A DNA stretch of 58,603 nucleotides, counting the filler, from Sphacelaria rigidula (lineage: Eukaryota): NCBI GenBank assembly GCA_964200075.2. It is 5 parts of 5 records of this genome, joined end to end, with 100 filler letters (N's around TTAATTAATTAA, not from the genome) between each part and the next. Parts side by side here need not be neighbours in the genome. Positions count along the whole stretch, not along the records: positions 11,742 to 23,382 come from CAXNAA020004676.1; positions 23,483 to 35,123 come from CAXNAA020004677.1; 3 more parts are not named here. One strand, 5' to 3'. Within the stretch, counting starts at the first letter, position 1, and each line of letters starts with the position of its first letter. Below the pieces are notes generated by a model. The model searched no databases. It saw nothing but the letters and a program-made list of their open reading frames with translations, and was not told where the DNA came from. The translations under genes and the position numbers were made by a program. Of this stretch, positions 12,490-23,704 are shown piece by piece.

Positions 12490-12735
12490 AGCTTAGGCTA
12501 CTTCTTATGCATCAAAAAATGAATCTTGTTAAAAAGTGCATTTTTGGCCCTTCCCCGTCGTTTTTCCCTCGAAGAGAGGGTTAGGCGGATGTTGACACCT
12601 TGGAATTATTTGCTATACTCACCAAGACGTTTCCAGAGCACATTTGCGTTTCCCGTAGGTCACAGTTTCGTCCTCGGCCAAAATTGCATTTTCAATATCA
12701 AACTGTCAAGTTATCAAAAAACAGGCGGTGAAAGT
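12490..12735. repeat. Fragment homologous to one arm of the MITE at 17-980
   Basis: AAAAGTGCATTTTTGGC...GAGGGTTAGGCGGATGTTGACACCTTGGAAT...TCCCGTAGGTCACAGTTTCGT matches ~320-550. Confidence 0.75.
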
Positions 12736-13044
12736 GGTGTTGTACCAGAAGTTCTTACTAACCGTATCGGAGCACGAAAGAGAGAGAGAGGTCATGTGTC
12801 AGTGGTCAGTTTCCAGCTCTCTTTGGACAGCCGTTCGCACCGAGGCGGCAGGTCAACGGTACACGTAGACGGCCGAGTTCATCTACCATGGTGGTGCTAT
12901 CAACGAAGACGCGAATACATCCATCCATCCAACCGTTTCCCTCTTTCTCGATTTATCTCCCTTGGAAGAATGATTCTCTATTGTTTTGAACCGTGGGAAC
13001 GTCTACCTTGTCACCACGCCTGACTTCCAAGGGGTATTAGTTAA

Positions 13045-13266
13045 CCCTTAGACGGCGACAGTGGGTCATCTGTTGAATCGCCATCAAGTTCACTGAAAAG
13101 AAGTAGGCATGATCCCGACGGACTACCCGCATCGCGGTCTAGGGGGTAAGGGCATTAGACACAAGGGGATCGCCGCGAGGGTAGGTCACCTGCTGAATCG
13201 GCATCAATTTTCGCTTGAAAAAAGTTTAAGTGATCTAGATGGACTACACGCACCGCGGTCTAAGGC
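13045..13266. mobile_element. piggyBac-like MITE, head-to-tail dimer of a ~100-bp unit
   Basis: TTAA|CCCTTAGAC ... GTCTAAGGC|TTAA. Each half resembles the monomer at 53650-53749. Confidence 0.7.
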
Positions 13267-13928
13267 TTAAATAGCCTCTCTGCTGTTCATACGGCCTCTT
13301 CACGTGTAGCCATGGCATGGGCCTCCAGCGGTTTTCCTGGCAACCAGCACTATTTTTCAATATAACGCCTTCGTCATCTTCACTCTGTTTTTCTGTCATT
13401 TTCTCTATTATTGCCTCTTTTTTCGAGGTCTCTTCACCCAATGTTTTCTCTTTTTCTTTTCTTTTTTAACCTGGGGTAAGTCTTCCTGTCGGCAGCTGGA
13501 TTCATGTCGGATCAGAACCTGTGCGAAAATCAATCGACTGATGTATCACCTTTAATACCACATTCTGCCTTCGTACATTGGAGTGCCTCAGCATGTTTCT
13601 GGTATCGTACAGCCCGTACTGACGGTCAAGAGAACATCCCCCGACGAGAAGAAAACATGTATAAAAATAAAATATATCACCGTTAATATTTATGAATGGA
13701 CCACTGGCTGGGTACATGGACTCTTCAAGTATTGATCTATTGATCTATTTACCTACTCATCTATTCATCTATCTATTTCCATAGTGTTGCTTGTTGTTGT
13801 TGTTGGTGGTGGTGTTATTTTTGTTGTTATCGCTGCCCCTTTTCTTTCCTTTCTGAGGGAGTCGCTCAAGTCTTCTCTGTTCCTTTCTTTTTTTTTCTTT
13901 TTATTATTATGTTCTATTTTTGCTGCTC

Positions 13929-13971
13929 CTGACCACGGGCTGGGTTGTTGCAATCAGCTAATGTGAGATGG

Positions 13972-14008
<37 letters not shown>
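13929..14008 (+). repeat. Retroposon 3' end with (TCAA)n tail
   Basis: CTGACCACGGGCTGG...CAGCTAATGTGAGA followed by about nine TCAA units. Confidence 0.6.
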
Positions 14009-14009
<1 letters not shown>

Positions 14010-15108
14010 TATTTCGTATCGAGCGGTCTTGGTCGATGTTACTGTGTATGATATAGTACTCTCAGTTTTGCCTCGGCGCGGACATTTCTCCGGACCTACA
14101 CGGCGACAGGGGGTGTTATCATACGTTATCATGCGATTTTTGCAGAAAGATCTTCAGGCTACCTGTAGACATGCAGCGCGGTGCCGCCCCACCTGCGTAT
14201 TGGCCACTGCAACAGACTGCTGGTGACAGCGGAGAGCAAGGTAAGATGCGACCACATATTTAGGCAAACATATACACTTTGGATTCTCCGTCGCAAAGCA
14301 CTTGCACTGATATGGCATGGTTGGGCATGAAATCATGGAGTCCGTCTGCGATGTGTTGACCAGCATGCTGACTGTATCATTACTGCTGTCGATATAGACG
14401 AAAGAACACGTGTGTCGAACGCGGGGATGCCTATCTGTCGTGCTATGCCCTACTGGTGTACTAGTGTACTGTTCTCAACCGACACCGCACCTCGAAACAC
14501 AGCCAGCACATGCGTAGCAGCTACTGCACCTCTCATCCCTCCAAGGCCCTTGCCTTCCTCCCGCGTCTACCACTTTTCAAGCTACAGCTGAACGCAAAAG
14601 CACGACAAGAACGGCCACCACTGCGCAAGCGTTTGTCCCATAAGATCAACATTGCTTCCCCTTCACTAAAACCTAGTAATCGCGCCTCTTGCGGTTTCCT
14701 ATTCTTAAGTCCAGTAATTTTCGTTTCAGCAAAGCTGCTCCTCCTTGACCGCGGGTCTTGAGAACCAGACGCCGCTGTCCGCTAGATTGCGGGTTAATAT
14801 CTGTCGCCCACCGTATCGAATGATTCCGACCATATGGAATGTATTTAGGATTTCCGGCCATTATTCTCGGATAGTAGTCAAGATCGATTCGGAGGATGCT
14901 AAAAATCGTGTGTCTTGCTAGCCATCTGCAGGGAAAAGGCAAACAACCATAAGGGTGGTATCTACCGCGTATTTTGAAATGACCGTGGGTCTGAGCGAGG
15001 CATCCATGATCTTTCAATTTCGACACAGCGGGCATGTCGCATCCACCATCCTCGAGGGCGGTATAGGCACACCGACAGCTCGAACGTTGTGCTACCACAA
15101 GGGATATC

Positions 15109-15159
15109 ATGCCACCGAAAGTAGCAAAGGCCTCGTCCACAAAAAAGTCGCCCGCAAAG
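15109..15159 (+). CDS. Probable first coding exon of a Lys/Ala/Pro-rich, histone H1-like protein
   Basis: ATG-initiated MPPKVAKASSTKKSPAK ending at a consensus AAG|GTAAGC donor in phase 0. Composition matches the exon at 22845. Confidence 0.65.
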
Positions 15160-15466
15160 GTAAGCGCATCTTTTTTCAATCACTTCAGTCATGTGTCCAC
15201 TCCGAAAGGTTCAAAATCTGCTGCTTGACGATTGTAAAACGGAGCTGCCCCTATACTGGGGTCAGGTCTTTTCCGCCTGTAGAGTCTTTTTCGGTCGCGT
15301 CTGCAGTAGCTTTTAGATTGCGCATGCCACGCATGACAACCTCTATAGGTCAAGGGTCATATTGCTCTTTTTCACCGATTACATCGGCGGCATGTGAACA
15401 AGTACGCCCCCGCAGAACATGCTGCTGCTGGGAGTCAGGATATGTCCACCACACACGCTGGCAAAG

Positions 15467-15493
15467 GCTCCGAAGAAGACGACGACCGAAAAA
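15467..15493 (+). CDS. Possible 27-nt second exon (APKKTTTEK) of the H1-like gene
   Basis: AAG acceptor, GTGCGA donor, phase 0/0, Lys-rich. Short and weakly supported. Confidence 0.3.
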
Positions 15494-16289
15494 GTGCGAA
15501 GAGAGTTTTTTGTCACACTTTGAAGAGAGCTTATTTCGCGAAATATGTCTTTCTTGTGGGGTGCGGTCAAACGAAGTGCTCGTGTCATGTCGGAGCAAAG
15601 GGTGCAGGTACAGTACAGACAGTACAACAGTAGTATCGTGGAACAAACATATGTCGTTCTAGTTACGAATATCACATGAAAGCACACTCTCGCTCGTAGC
15701 TGCGGTGCGACTTCACGCACTTGCATCCAGCCCCAGCTTACGAAGTATCCCAAGGCCACACCGCGTCAAGATGAACAGTGCCGAAGCAACATATTTCCCG
15801 CGTTTTTAGCAACCTGGTTCTCGCTGTGATGGGTGGTGTACAAACACTATCGGTACGCAATCAAGCCTCCTGTTATAGCTACCTGCGGGCACTCTCTGAA
15901 ACATGTCGTTGGCGTATCTATGAACACAAATTTCCAATATGCAATATTCCTTCATGCCATCGGTACCAACATGCCTCCATGCGCGCTCCCGACAACTTCG
16001 TCGTGACTGTACCACACGTGGGACATATCATTATCTGTCACCCGGGTCATACAGGTGGAGTATGAACACGTTTGTGTACACGAGTCGAATGACAGTAATG
16101 CAACTAGTCATGGGAGGGTCCTCGTGTTCCGGGTATCATCGATCGGTATCTTGTACGAGTTTTGAGGATGCACAGGTTTTTGTTGGCGTTTCAAGTGCAC
16201 CTGATTCGGATTACACAGGTGTGCCTGAGGAGGTGATGTACGGATAGTCAGAGTACGTGAATCATCTACGGAAACCCTTGTATGAACCA

Positions 16290-16400
16290 CATGGTCATAC
16301 AGATCACCATTAAACAGACTTGTACGTATCACAGGGCCATACAGATCACCATCAAACGGACTTGTACGAATCACAGGGTCATGCAGATCGTTCATCAGGC
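16290..16400. repeat. 42-bp minisatellite, about 2.5 copies
   Basis: CATACAGATCACCAT(T/C)AAAC(A/G)GACTTGTACG(T/A)ATCACAGGG repeated. Confidence 0.75.
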
Positions 16401-17196
16401 CATGTGCACAGAGCAACCGGGTTCTTCAGGTCACCAGCCGAGAAGTGTGGATAGGTCAAACGGGCCATATGGATTGTGGTAGTATGTCTTGTAAGGAATA
16501 GCAGGGACGGTATTGGAAAGGCGAGCCTACGTCTGTGATCACGGGTTCGCGGGATCGGACTAATGTGCCGGAATAATAAATAATAATGATAAAATGATAG
16601 CGGATACGAGCTGGGCCAGCCAAGAGTAGGTGTGAATCTCGCTCAGGCGACGCACGGCGCGACATTAGGAGTTGGAGGCTGAAAAATTGACAGCAGCTCT
16701 TTATGATCAAAATTCAGGAGATCACGGGACCAGCAACGCAAAGAGGGAAAAAATAAAAAATAAAAAGTCATGGGCATTTGAAACTTCAGCAAAAACACGA
16801 TAATGTCATAAGTCCAGGAAAAAAGAAGAATCTGCAGCTGGACACGTGAAGTATTACTTCCTTGGGTGCAGAAGATCTTTAAATTTCAGCTCAAAAGTCG
16901 TCGAGTTGGGCCGTGCGTTCAACATTTTCTGTGACGCTGCTGCACCCCTATAAATCAAGTGATAGGAGACTCCAATTATGGAGGTCTTAGTTTGAATCCC
17001 GACAGATTTTCTTTTTTTTTCGTCCGTCGTTAAGGTTATACATTATGCAGTACGTTTTTTTTCATTTTTTATTCCATCCAGCAGCGGTGCCGTGTGTCAC
17101 CAGGTTGGTCTACACTTCACAGTGACATGCTTACATCGGGCTCATTCGGGAAAACTGGGGAAGCTGTGATGTGAGCAACTTTTAGCAGCTTTTAAC

Positions 17197-17401
17197 CTGG
17201 CCCAGCTCGTACTGATCAATCGCAGATCGCAACGGTCATGCGGCTGATCGTCGGGCAAACTTGCCGGGGCCACCCGTGCTTCATCAAGGCCGGCAACATA
17301 CACGTCGATGATTCTTCCCCAGAATTTTTCGTCAGACGCTGGCCAAACAGCGTCATGATGAGTCAGTGGAGCATATAGCTGTATCTTGTTCCAAATTTTC
17401 C
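17197..17401 (-). CDS. Candidate exon of an unknown antisense gene inside the H1-like intron
   Basis: CAG acceptor, AG|GT donor, open frame KIWNKIQLYAPLTHHDAVWPASDEKFWGRIIDVYVAGLDEARVAPASLPDDQPHDRCDLRLISTSWA. No family recognised. Confidence 0.3.
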
Positions 17402-18680
17402 CTGCGGCGCATGAGTGCGCACCCTGAACTGGACGTTATGAAAACAGTCGTCCATACTGCCGCTGGCACAACTGAACATACGTCTCATTTACGTAAATCA
17501 CGACCATTATTCCCCACCACTACTGCTAGTGCTACCGGAGTGAAGAGGCTCAAATGACGTTCATCCACGACGCTTAGCGCTAAGCGCACCCGAAAAAAAC
17601 GCCACCAGGTAAACTCAATGCTAATCCTCAGAGGCCGCTGCTGTAGTTACGCACATTATTATCGAAGATGTGTTTTCCCGGACGAGTCGTCAAAGTTAGG
17701 AGAGCTCTTAACGTCCCATTATTATCGAGATCTGTCGTTGCTATTAGATATCTTATTACGGACACAAAAGTGCTGATCTCGCCGTTTGCTTGATTTCGCC
17801 GGCAAAATGAACAACAGGATGATGCTGCCTTCCCGTGCATGGCGTTCGAAACTACGGTAGACATCTTTCTCGATTCCTCTCTGTGAAACGGGGGGGCAGT
17901 CGGAAAGGCGAGGGCTTGACCGACCAGCCCTTTCGGAGTGCAGCAGCAGCACACATGAATAAAAGTACTGACTGCAGAAAACCCCGTGCAAAGATTGCAG
18001 CATGATTGTGTGTGCAGATACACCCACTACACCACCAGCAATAGGCTTTGCAGACGGTGCGGTAGCGCACATTTGTAGCAGCACAGCAAGCAAGTAGGCA
18101 GCTACTGGATTGTTTCTGCTCTTCACTTCGAAAGTGCGTGTATGCCCTCAAACGACGACCACCGTGCTTGACCTCAACAGCACCGCCACCGCTGGCGACA
18201 CACACACCGCCTAAGAATAGGGATACCGCCAATGCACGGTGCGTTTTTCTCTGCATGGCCTAGGGTGTCACTAGCAAGGTTCCTGATGACTCGCACGCTT
18301 GCGATCGCCACGGCGTGCTCACGGGGCAGCGCTGCCAAGTGTTGCACTGCAGTCCAAAGTGTTCAGACTTCTCCCAACGTGAAGCTTCGGAAAAAACAAA
18401 CGAACACATGCTTCATTTTTTGGAGAACGCTGAGAGCCGGGTCTGAAAACGCCTAAACTTTCAGGGATCTCCGAAAAAACAGGGTCAATAATAATGGGCA
18501 TTATTACTATATGCGGCTGAACTTCGTAGGTGTTGTTATCATCAAAGCAATGCGTGTTGTGCGAGATGACCTCGCTCGTCAGGCTCATGACATATCCCGT
18601 CTCTACCGTTTATACTGTGTTGGGGATGCAAGCACATCAAAGTTCCACAGTACAGTGATACTCGTACACTCCAGCCGGTC

Positions 18681-18920
18681 GCCCCGGTGGCTCCGTTGGT
18701 AACCTCGAAACCCTCTGACGGTTGTGTCGTGGGTTTGAATCTCGGAGTGATATGGGATTTTTCTCACACAGTGCCCAACAGTAGAGAGCGACGATGTCGT
18801 GGTTACACAAACCAACGAGGGAAAGGGACTGCTGAATCCGTCTCGTGATAAAATTCTTCCGGGCGTTGTACAACGACAACAACAAAGTTGTACTTGGGCG
18901 CATAGCGCGGGCTTAAAGAG
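18681..18920 (+). mobile_element. tRNA-derived SINE
   Basis: A-box-like TGGCTCCGTTGG and B-box-like GGTTTGAATCT at tRNA-like spacing, followed by a non-tRNA body. No intact cloverleaf. Confidence 0.6.
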
Positions 18921-19510
18921 GATGTAATAGCAACGGGGTGCGTCAGGACCACTTGGCAGAAGGATGCATCAGCATGCGGTATCACAGGTTGGCTGAAGCA
19001 CGGGCTTCACCCTAGCCGTACACAGGTGGGCATTTTGCTTTCGCCGCAAGGTGGCGCATTGTAGAGGGTGTAAGGCAAGGTCGCCACATGGGGTTTCGGA
19101 CCCTCAAAGGGTCGCCAGAGGGTCTCTCGCCTTCGGAACGTGTTCCGACGGTGTAGTAAACGTGTCTGCCTCTGTTAAATCGGCATCAATTGCACTTGAA
19201 GAAAGTGTGCGTGATCCAGAACGTACACGACACATTCTGACAAAATAAAGGCGGCACCTTTTAGAGGGTGTGTCGAGGAGGGTTTTGGACCTTTAGCGGA
19301 TCGCCAGAGGATCTCACCGTCGGAAGGTGTTCCTAGGATGTAGTAAAGTGTCCAAATGTGATGAAGTAGTAGCAGCTCGCAGAAGATTCATTTCACTGAA
19401 GTGGATGCCACCTGGCGCAAAAGACGTGGGCCTCCAGACCTCACGCATGAAGATCTCGGCTACAAAAAACGCTGTTCAAAACATCACTAACAGCATGATA
19501 ATGTTCTCAC

Positions 19511-19602
19511 CTCGTGTTACTACACCCAACCGCTCCAAGTCCTCCCCGTTTACCGTAGCAGCTATAATAGTCGTCGACACCTCAGTTATGAACGCGCTCA
19601 GA
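19511..19602 (-). CDS. Candidate exon of the same antisense gene
   Basis: Pyrimidine tract plus CAG acceptor and GAG|GTGAGA donor. Reads LSAFITEVSTTIIAATVNGEDLERLGVVTR. Phase-compatible with 20138-20188 and 17197-17401. Confidence 0.35.
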
Positions 19603-20224
19603 CTGAGGGGGACAGGACAGGGGAGGAACGAGAGCAAAATGCTTCGAATGCTTCTGCTTCGTAAGCAGGCGTTTTGTTGGTACTCTGTACCATATGAATT
19701 TACATAATACTGCATCGTATGGATGCACCGTGCTGTGCTGTATTGTAGGCAGCAGTATGTGTGTGTCACAAAATGCGGAATTATGACGCAAGCGTGACAA
19801 ACGCCCTCAGCAAGCACGACACACGCGGGTCTACGGAGCGAAGACTATTGTCAGAATCTCGAGTTGGTGAATCTTTTGACGCACGTGTGAGCATGCTTCG
19901 ACGACCATTGCTCCTTGCACTCATTCATACTCTTCCTCTCCTACGCTGAGGATGTCGCGGTATGGATGTTTACTGTACAGCGACCGCTGCGGGTGGCCGT
20001 CAAGGATACTCGGCTGACACACATCTTCAGGCATGCGCCTTCTGAAAGAAAACAAGGATATACCCGGATGCCTGCGTATGAAGTTATTATATCGGGTATT
20101 AGATGAAAAAAAATGCCGCGGGGTGGACACACTTTACACGAGCGGCTCGTCCACGAAGAAAAGAGCGCTGGTCCAACAGGCGACACCCCTGGAGAGCTCA
20201 CACGTGGATATCCGGCTACATCCG

Positions 20225-20725
20225 CGGGGTAGACGGGGAGGTACCCTGCCAAAGTTGATATTTGCGACGATCTTGCCACCCTTGACCACCTATGAATATG
20301 TCCCATATGTGTGGACCTTGTACAGTATTAGGCCTTGTGCAGGCTGAACAATTTTCATGAACCCTTTGCAAGGATGGACCCTGTCCAGGGTCGATGGGGC
20401 AGTAGGTACCCTGCCAAGGTTGAGCTTGTAACGATCCTGCCACCCTTGATCACTTACCAACATGTCCCAAATGTGCGGACCCTGCACAATATCAAAAATT
20501 GTGCTGGAGGACAGATTTCATGAACCCTGTGCATGGATGAGCTCTGCATAGGGTAGAGTACAGAAGACGGTACCCTGCCAACGTTGAGCTTTGTGACGGT
20601 CCCACCACCCTCTGCCACCGACCAAGATGTCCAAAATGTGCGAACCCTGTACAATATCAGACCTTCTGCAGGCGGGACAGATTTTGAACACTGTGTGCAA
20701 GGATGGACCCTTTGCGGGGTACCCC
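20225..20725. repeat. Diverged ~165-bp tandem repeat, three units
   Basis: GGTACCCTGCCAA anchors at 20240, 20405 and 20569, with a shared downstream ATGTCC...GTG.G.ACC.TG.ACA.TAT. Confidence 0.8.
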
Positions 20726-21718
20726 TATTCTGGACCACGTGCAGGATTGAGTCATGTGCGCGGTAACAACCAAGGAGACTATGTGCAGGTACAAGGTTAG
20801 GCCTTTTCTTGGGTACGTCTATCATGCGACCACGGCTGGACCCATGGGTGGTCAGTTAAACTGCGACAATCAATCAATTAATCAAGACCCCGCACAGGCG
20901 CCCCCTGTTTGGCGGACCGCAAGCAAGGCTGAACCTGCCTATGGCAACCACCGTTGAGACCCCGTGTAACCTTGGGCCCTGCATGTGTAGGGTCATACCA
21001 ATATGCAGAAATTGACAGGGCTGGTGTTGAACGGGACCTTGTCCAAAGAGACCCTGTATAACGATCGAGGCATTTTGAACGGACCTTATGAGGATACATG
21101 TAGGTTTGTCATGGTGTCCCTCAACAGCGGGCCCCGTCCAGGGTCGGGCCATGCATTCGGCAGCAACGGCGGGTTCGTGAAAACAGAGGGTAACCAGTAG
21201 ACGGAGGGCTGATTTGTTGATCATACATATATGAAACACGTGCGCCATCGTGATGCGCATCAACTTTGAAGTAAATGAAGGACTCCGGCGCTCTCGATAG
21301 CACGCGCATGTTGGGCTGCGTATATCAATATTTATCGAGAGTCGACAAGTCAAATCTCTCAACTCTGTGACAATACATTACCCATGATCTCTCTTCTCTA
21401 CCATAATTCGTCCCCCCTCACCCCCCCCCCCCCCCCCCCCCCTCCCCCCCCCCCCCCCCCCCCCCAACCCCAAATACGCTGCGGGGTTCTGCTGTGGCAA
21501 CTCTCCTTACATTTGTCTGCATACGGGCACAACCGTTCAACTCAACCACGAGATGGTGTCGCGCGAGAAGCCCATGATACGCTATGTTGACAAAATTATA
21601 TGAGTTAAGCTTCAGAAATATGATGTGATGGCCTGTTCGTGTGACAACGATGATGCCGCAGCGCCTGAAACAAAACACACTTGGAGTTACCAAATTATAC
21701 CATGGCATACACGGGCTA

Positions 21719-22200
21719 CATCCTCTGTCCCATAAGTAAGGGTACCTACATGTGTACGGGCCCTTAACGATGTCCGATCGTTTTTTTTACTGAACTCTAC
21801 GATGTTTTTTGGGTCAAGAAAATGTGTTCAAAATTTACCGCTCGTGCTTGAACCATGCCGCCGAACGGCTGCAAAAAGAGTAATCGGCCCAAAAATGGCC
21901 GTTTTTTGCCCCTTCCCGAGGGAAAAAAAAAGTGTCGAATTTTTTTTCTGATTTTTTTATTCGCCCCCGCCTTCACTGGAGCTTGCAGCCAGGAAGTCCT
22001 ACGCGATTAAAAAAAAATAGACACTAAAAATTCAACACTTTTTTTGCAGTCGTTCGGCGGCATGGTTCAAGCTCGAGCTGCAAATTGTACACACATTTTC
22101 TTCACCAAAAAAACACCGTAGAGTTGATTGAAAAAAAACGATCGGACATCGTTGAGGACCCGTATAAATTTAGGTACCTTTACTTATGGGACAGAGGAAG
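21719..22200. mobile_element. Stowaway-like (Tc1/mariner) foldback MITE, 482 bp
   Basis: TA|CATCCTCTGTCCCATAAGTAAGGGTACC ... GGTACCTTTACTTATGGGACAGAGGAAG|TA. The inverted arms extend about 150 bp, and the terminus resembles the Stowaway CTCCCTCCGT consensus. Confidence 0.85.
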
Positions 22201-22539
22201 TATACATTTTGCTACCTGTGTTCACGGCAGGATTGATGCAGTGTAATGACCTTCTGTAACACTCGTCTGTGGACTGCCTCCCTCCGTATCGGTAAATGGG
22301 CTAAACCGCACTGTGTATTATTGCCTGTGCTGGACAAATGTATACTCCGTGGTACTACTACATTGTTTTTTTTTCTTCTCCAAGCTGTGCTGCAGATTGA
22401 TTTTGTGAATGAGTTACAGGCATGCCAACGACACGACACGACAAGACCGACTGTCGCCATCGCAGTCTTGTTTTTTGTCATGAAAAAAACAAATTATTCA
22501 TTTTCTGGATATTCGCTGCAAATTGAGGACATTTGTCGA

Positions 22540-22806
22540 CGTATACGTTTCCCCTTATTTTCCTTTTTTCTTGTTTCAAGTCGGCCATTTATTTCTGTGC
22601 TTTGCTTGTGTTGACTTTTTTATCACCTTTTTTTTGTTAGGACTTAATCTGCTATGTCGTTCTGTTCAACCCCTTTTTTTCTGTTCCGTCTTTTTCTCAG
22701 AGCGTGTTTCAGTTTCGTGTTTTTTTTGGTAAGTCTATCATGAGACCACGGCTGGACCCCGGGGGGTTCAGTTAGAGTGCGACAATCAATTTATCAATCT
22801 ATCAAT
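22540..22806 (+). mobile_element. 5'-truncated retroposon 3' end (GACCACGGCTGG...GTGCGACAAT family)
   Basis: T-rich body, then GAGACCACGGCTGGACCCCGGGGGGTTCAGTTAGAGTGCGACAATCAAT. A shorter copy lies at 20805-20886. Confidence 0.65.
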
Positions 22807-22844
22807 TATATGTGCTTGCAACAATCCAATCACGCGTGGCGCAG

Positions 22845-23213
22845 GCGGCGGGGAAATCAAAGGCCTCGCCCACCAAGAAAAAAGCTGTGGCCAAGAAGCC
22901 TACTGTCACCAAAAAAAAGCCAACGCCCAAGAAGCCGGCTCCTGGTGAGGCCAAACCCACAAAACCGAAGGCCAAGGCTTCTGCTGCGGCGACGAAGAAG
23001 CCCAAAGAAGCGGCAAAGCCGAAGGCTGCCGCCAAAAAGCCTGCTTCTCCCAAGAAACCCGCCGCCGCCGCGGGTGCTAAGAAGGCGGCGGCGGCCAAGA
23101 AGCCTACCGTTGCCAAGAAGTCTGCAGCCTCTCCGAAGAAGAAGCCGGCTGCTGCTGCCAAGAAGCCGGCTGCTCCCAAGAAGGCCGCCACAAAGGCGTC
23201 CGGTCCACTTGAG
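22845..23213 (+). CDS. Histone H1 C-terminal-tail-like Lys/Ala/Pro-rich exon
   Basis: CAG acceptor in phase 0, then 123 codons AAGKSKASPTKKKAVAKKP...AAKKPASPKKP...KKAATKASGPLE with TPKK/SPKK motifs and varied synonymous codons. Ends at GAG|GTAGTG or reads on to TGA at 23294. Confidence 0.8.
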
Positions 23214-23382
23214 GTAGTGTTTAATCGGCGCGCTGGGCAGGATATATTGGAACCCGGCATTACCGCTCATTCAAAACTTACTTCACGGGAATGAGGGGGG
23301 GGGGGGGGGGGGACGGGAGGGGGGGAACGAACTAAAAAGCAGGATATAGCGGTGGGGGGGGACAAAACGGGGGGGGGGGTTG

Positions 23383-23482
23383 NNNNNNNNNNNNNNNNNN
23401 NNNNNNNNNNNNNNNNNNNNNNNNNNTTAATTAATTAANNNNNNNNNNNNNNNNNNNNNNNNNNNNNNNNNNNNNNNNNNNN
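23383..23482. other. Artificial contig spacer
   Basis: 44 N + TTAATTAATTAA + 44 N. Confidence 0.98.
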
Positions 23483-23559
23483 GGGGGCGGTGTTTTGGAG
23501 GGGGGGGGGGGGGGGGGGGCGTGGGGGGGGGGGTCCAAGAAGAGGGGGGGGGGGGGGGG

Positions 23560-23612
<53 letters not shown>

Positions 23613-23650
23613 ACAAGGCTCAAGCGTCGTGAGAGCGATACACGGGTGAC

Positions 23651-23704
23651 CTCTGGTACACGCTACAGAGCACCATGCTCTGGTACACGCTACAGAGCAC
23701 CATG
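23651..23704. repeat. Perfect 27-bp tandem duplication
   Basis: CTCTGGTACACGCTACAGAGCACCATG occurs twice. Confidence 0.9.

Noticed and set aside
14955..15662. 235-aa plus-strand ORF
   Set aside because: It overlaps the H1-like first exon in a different frame, runs through a strong donor site, and has no protein-like signature.
16944..17020. tRNA-like segment with A/B-box remnants and a T-run
   Set aside because: The stems do not pair into a cloverleaf. At most it is a decayed SINE head. The same applies to 18681-18760 and ~2170-2250.
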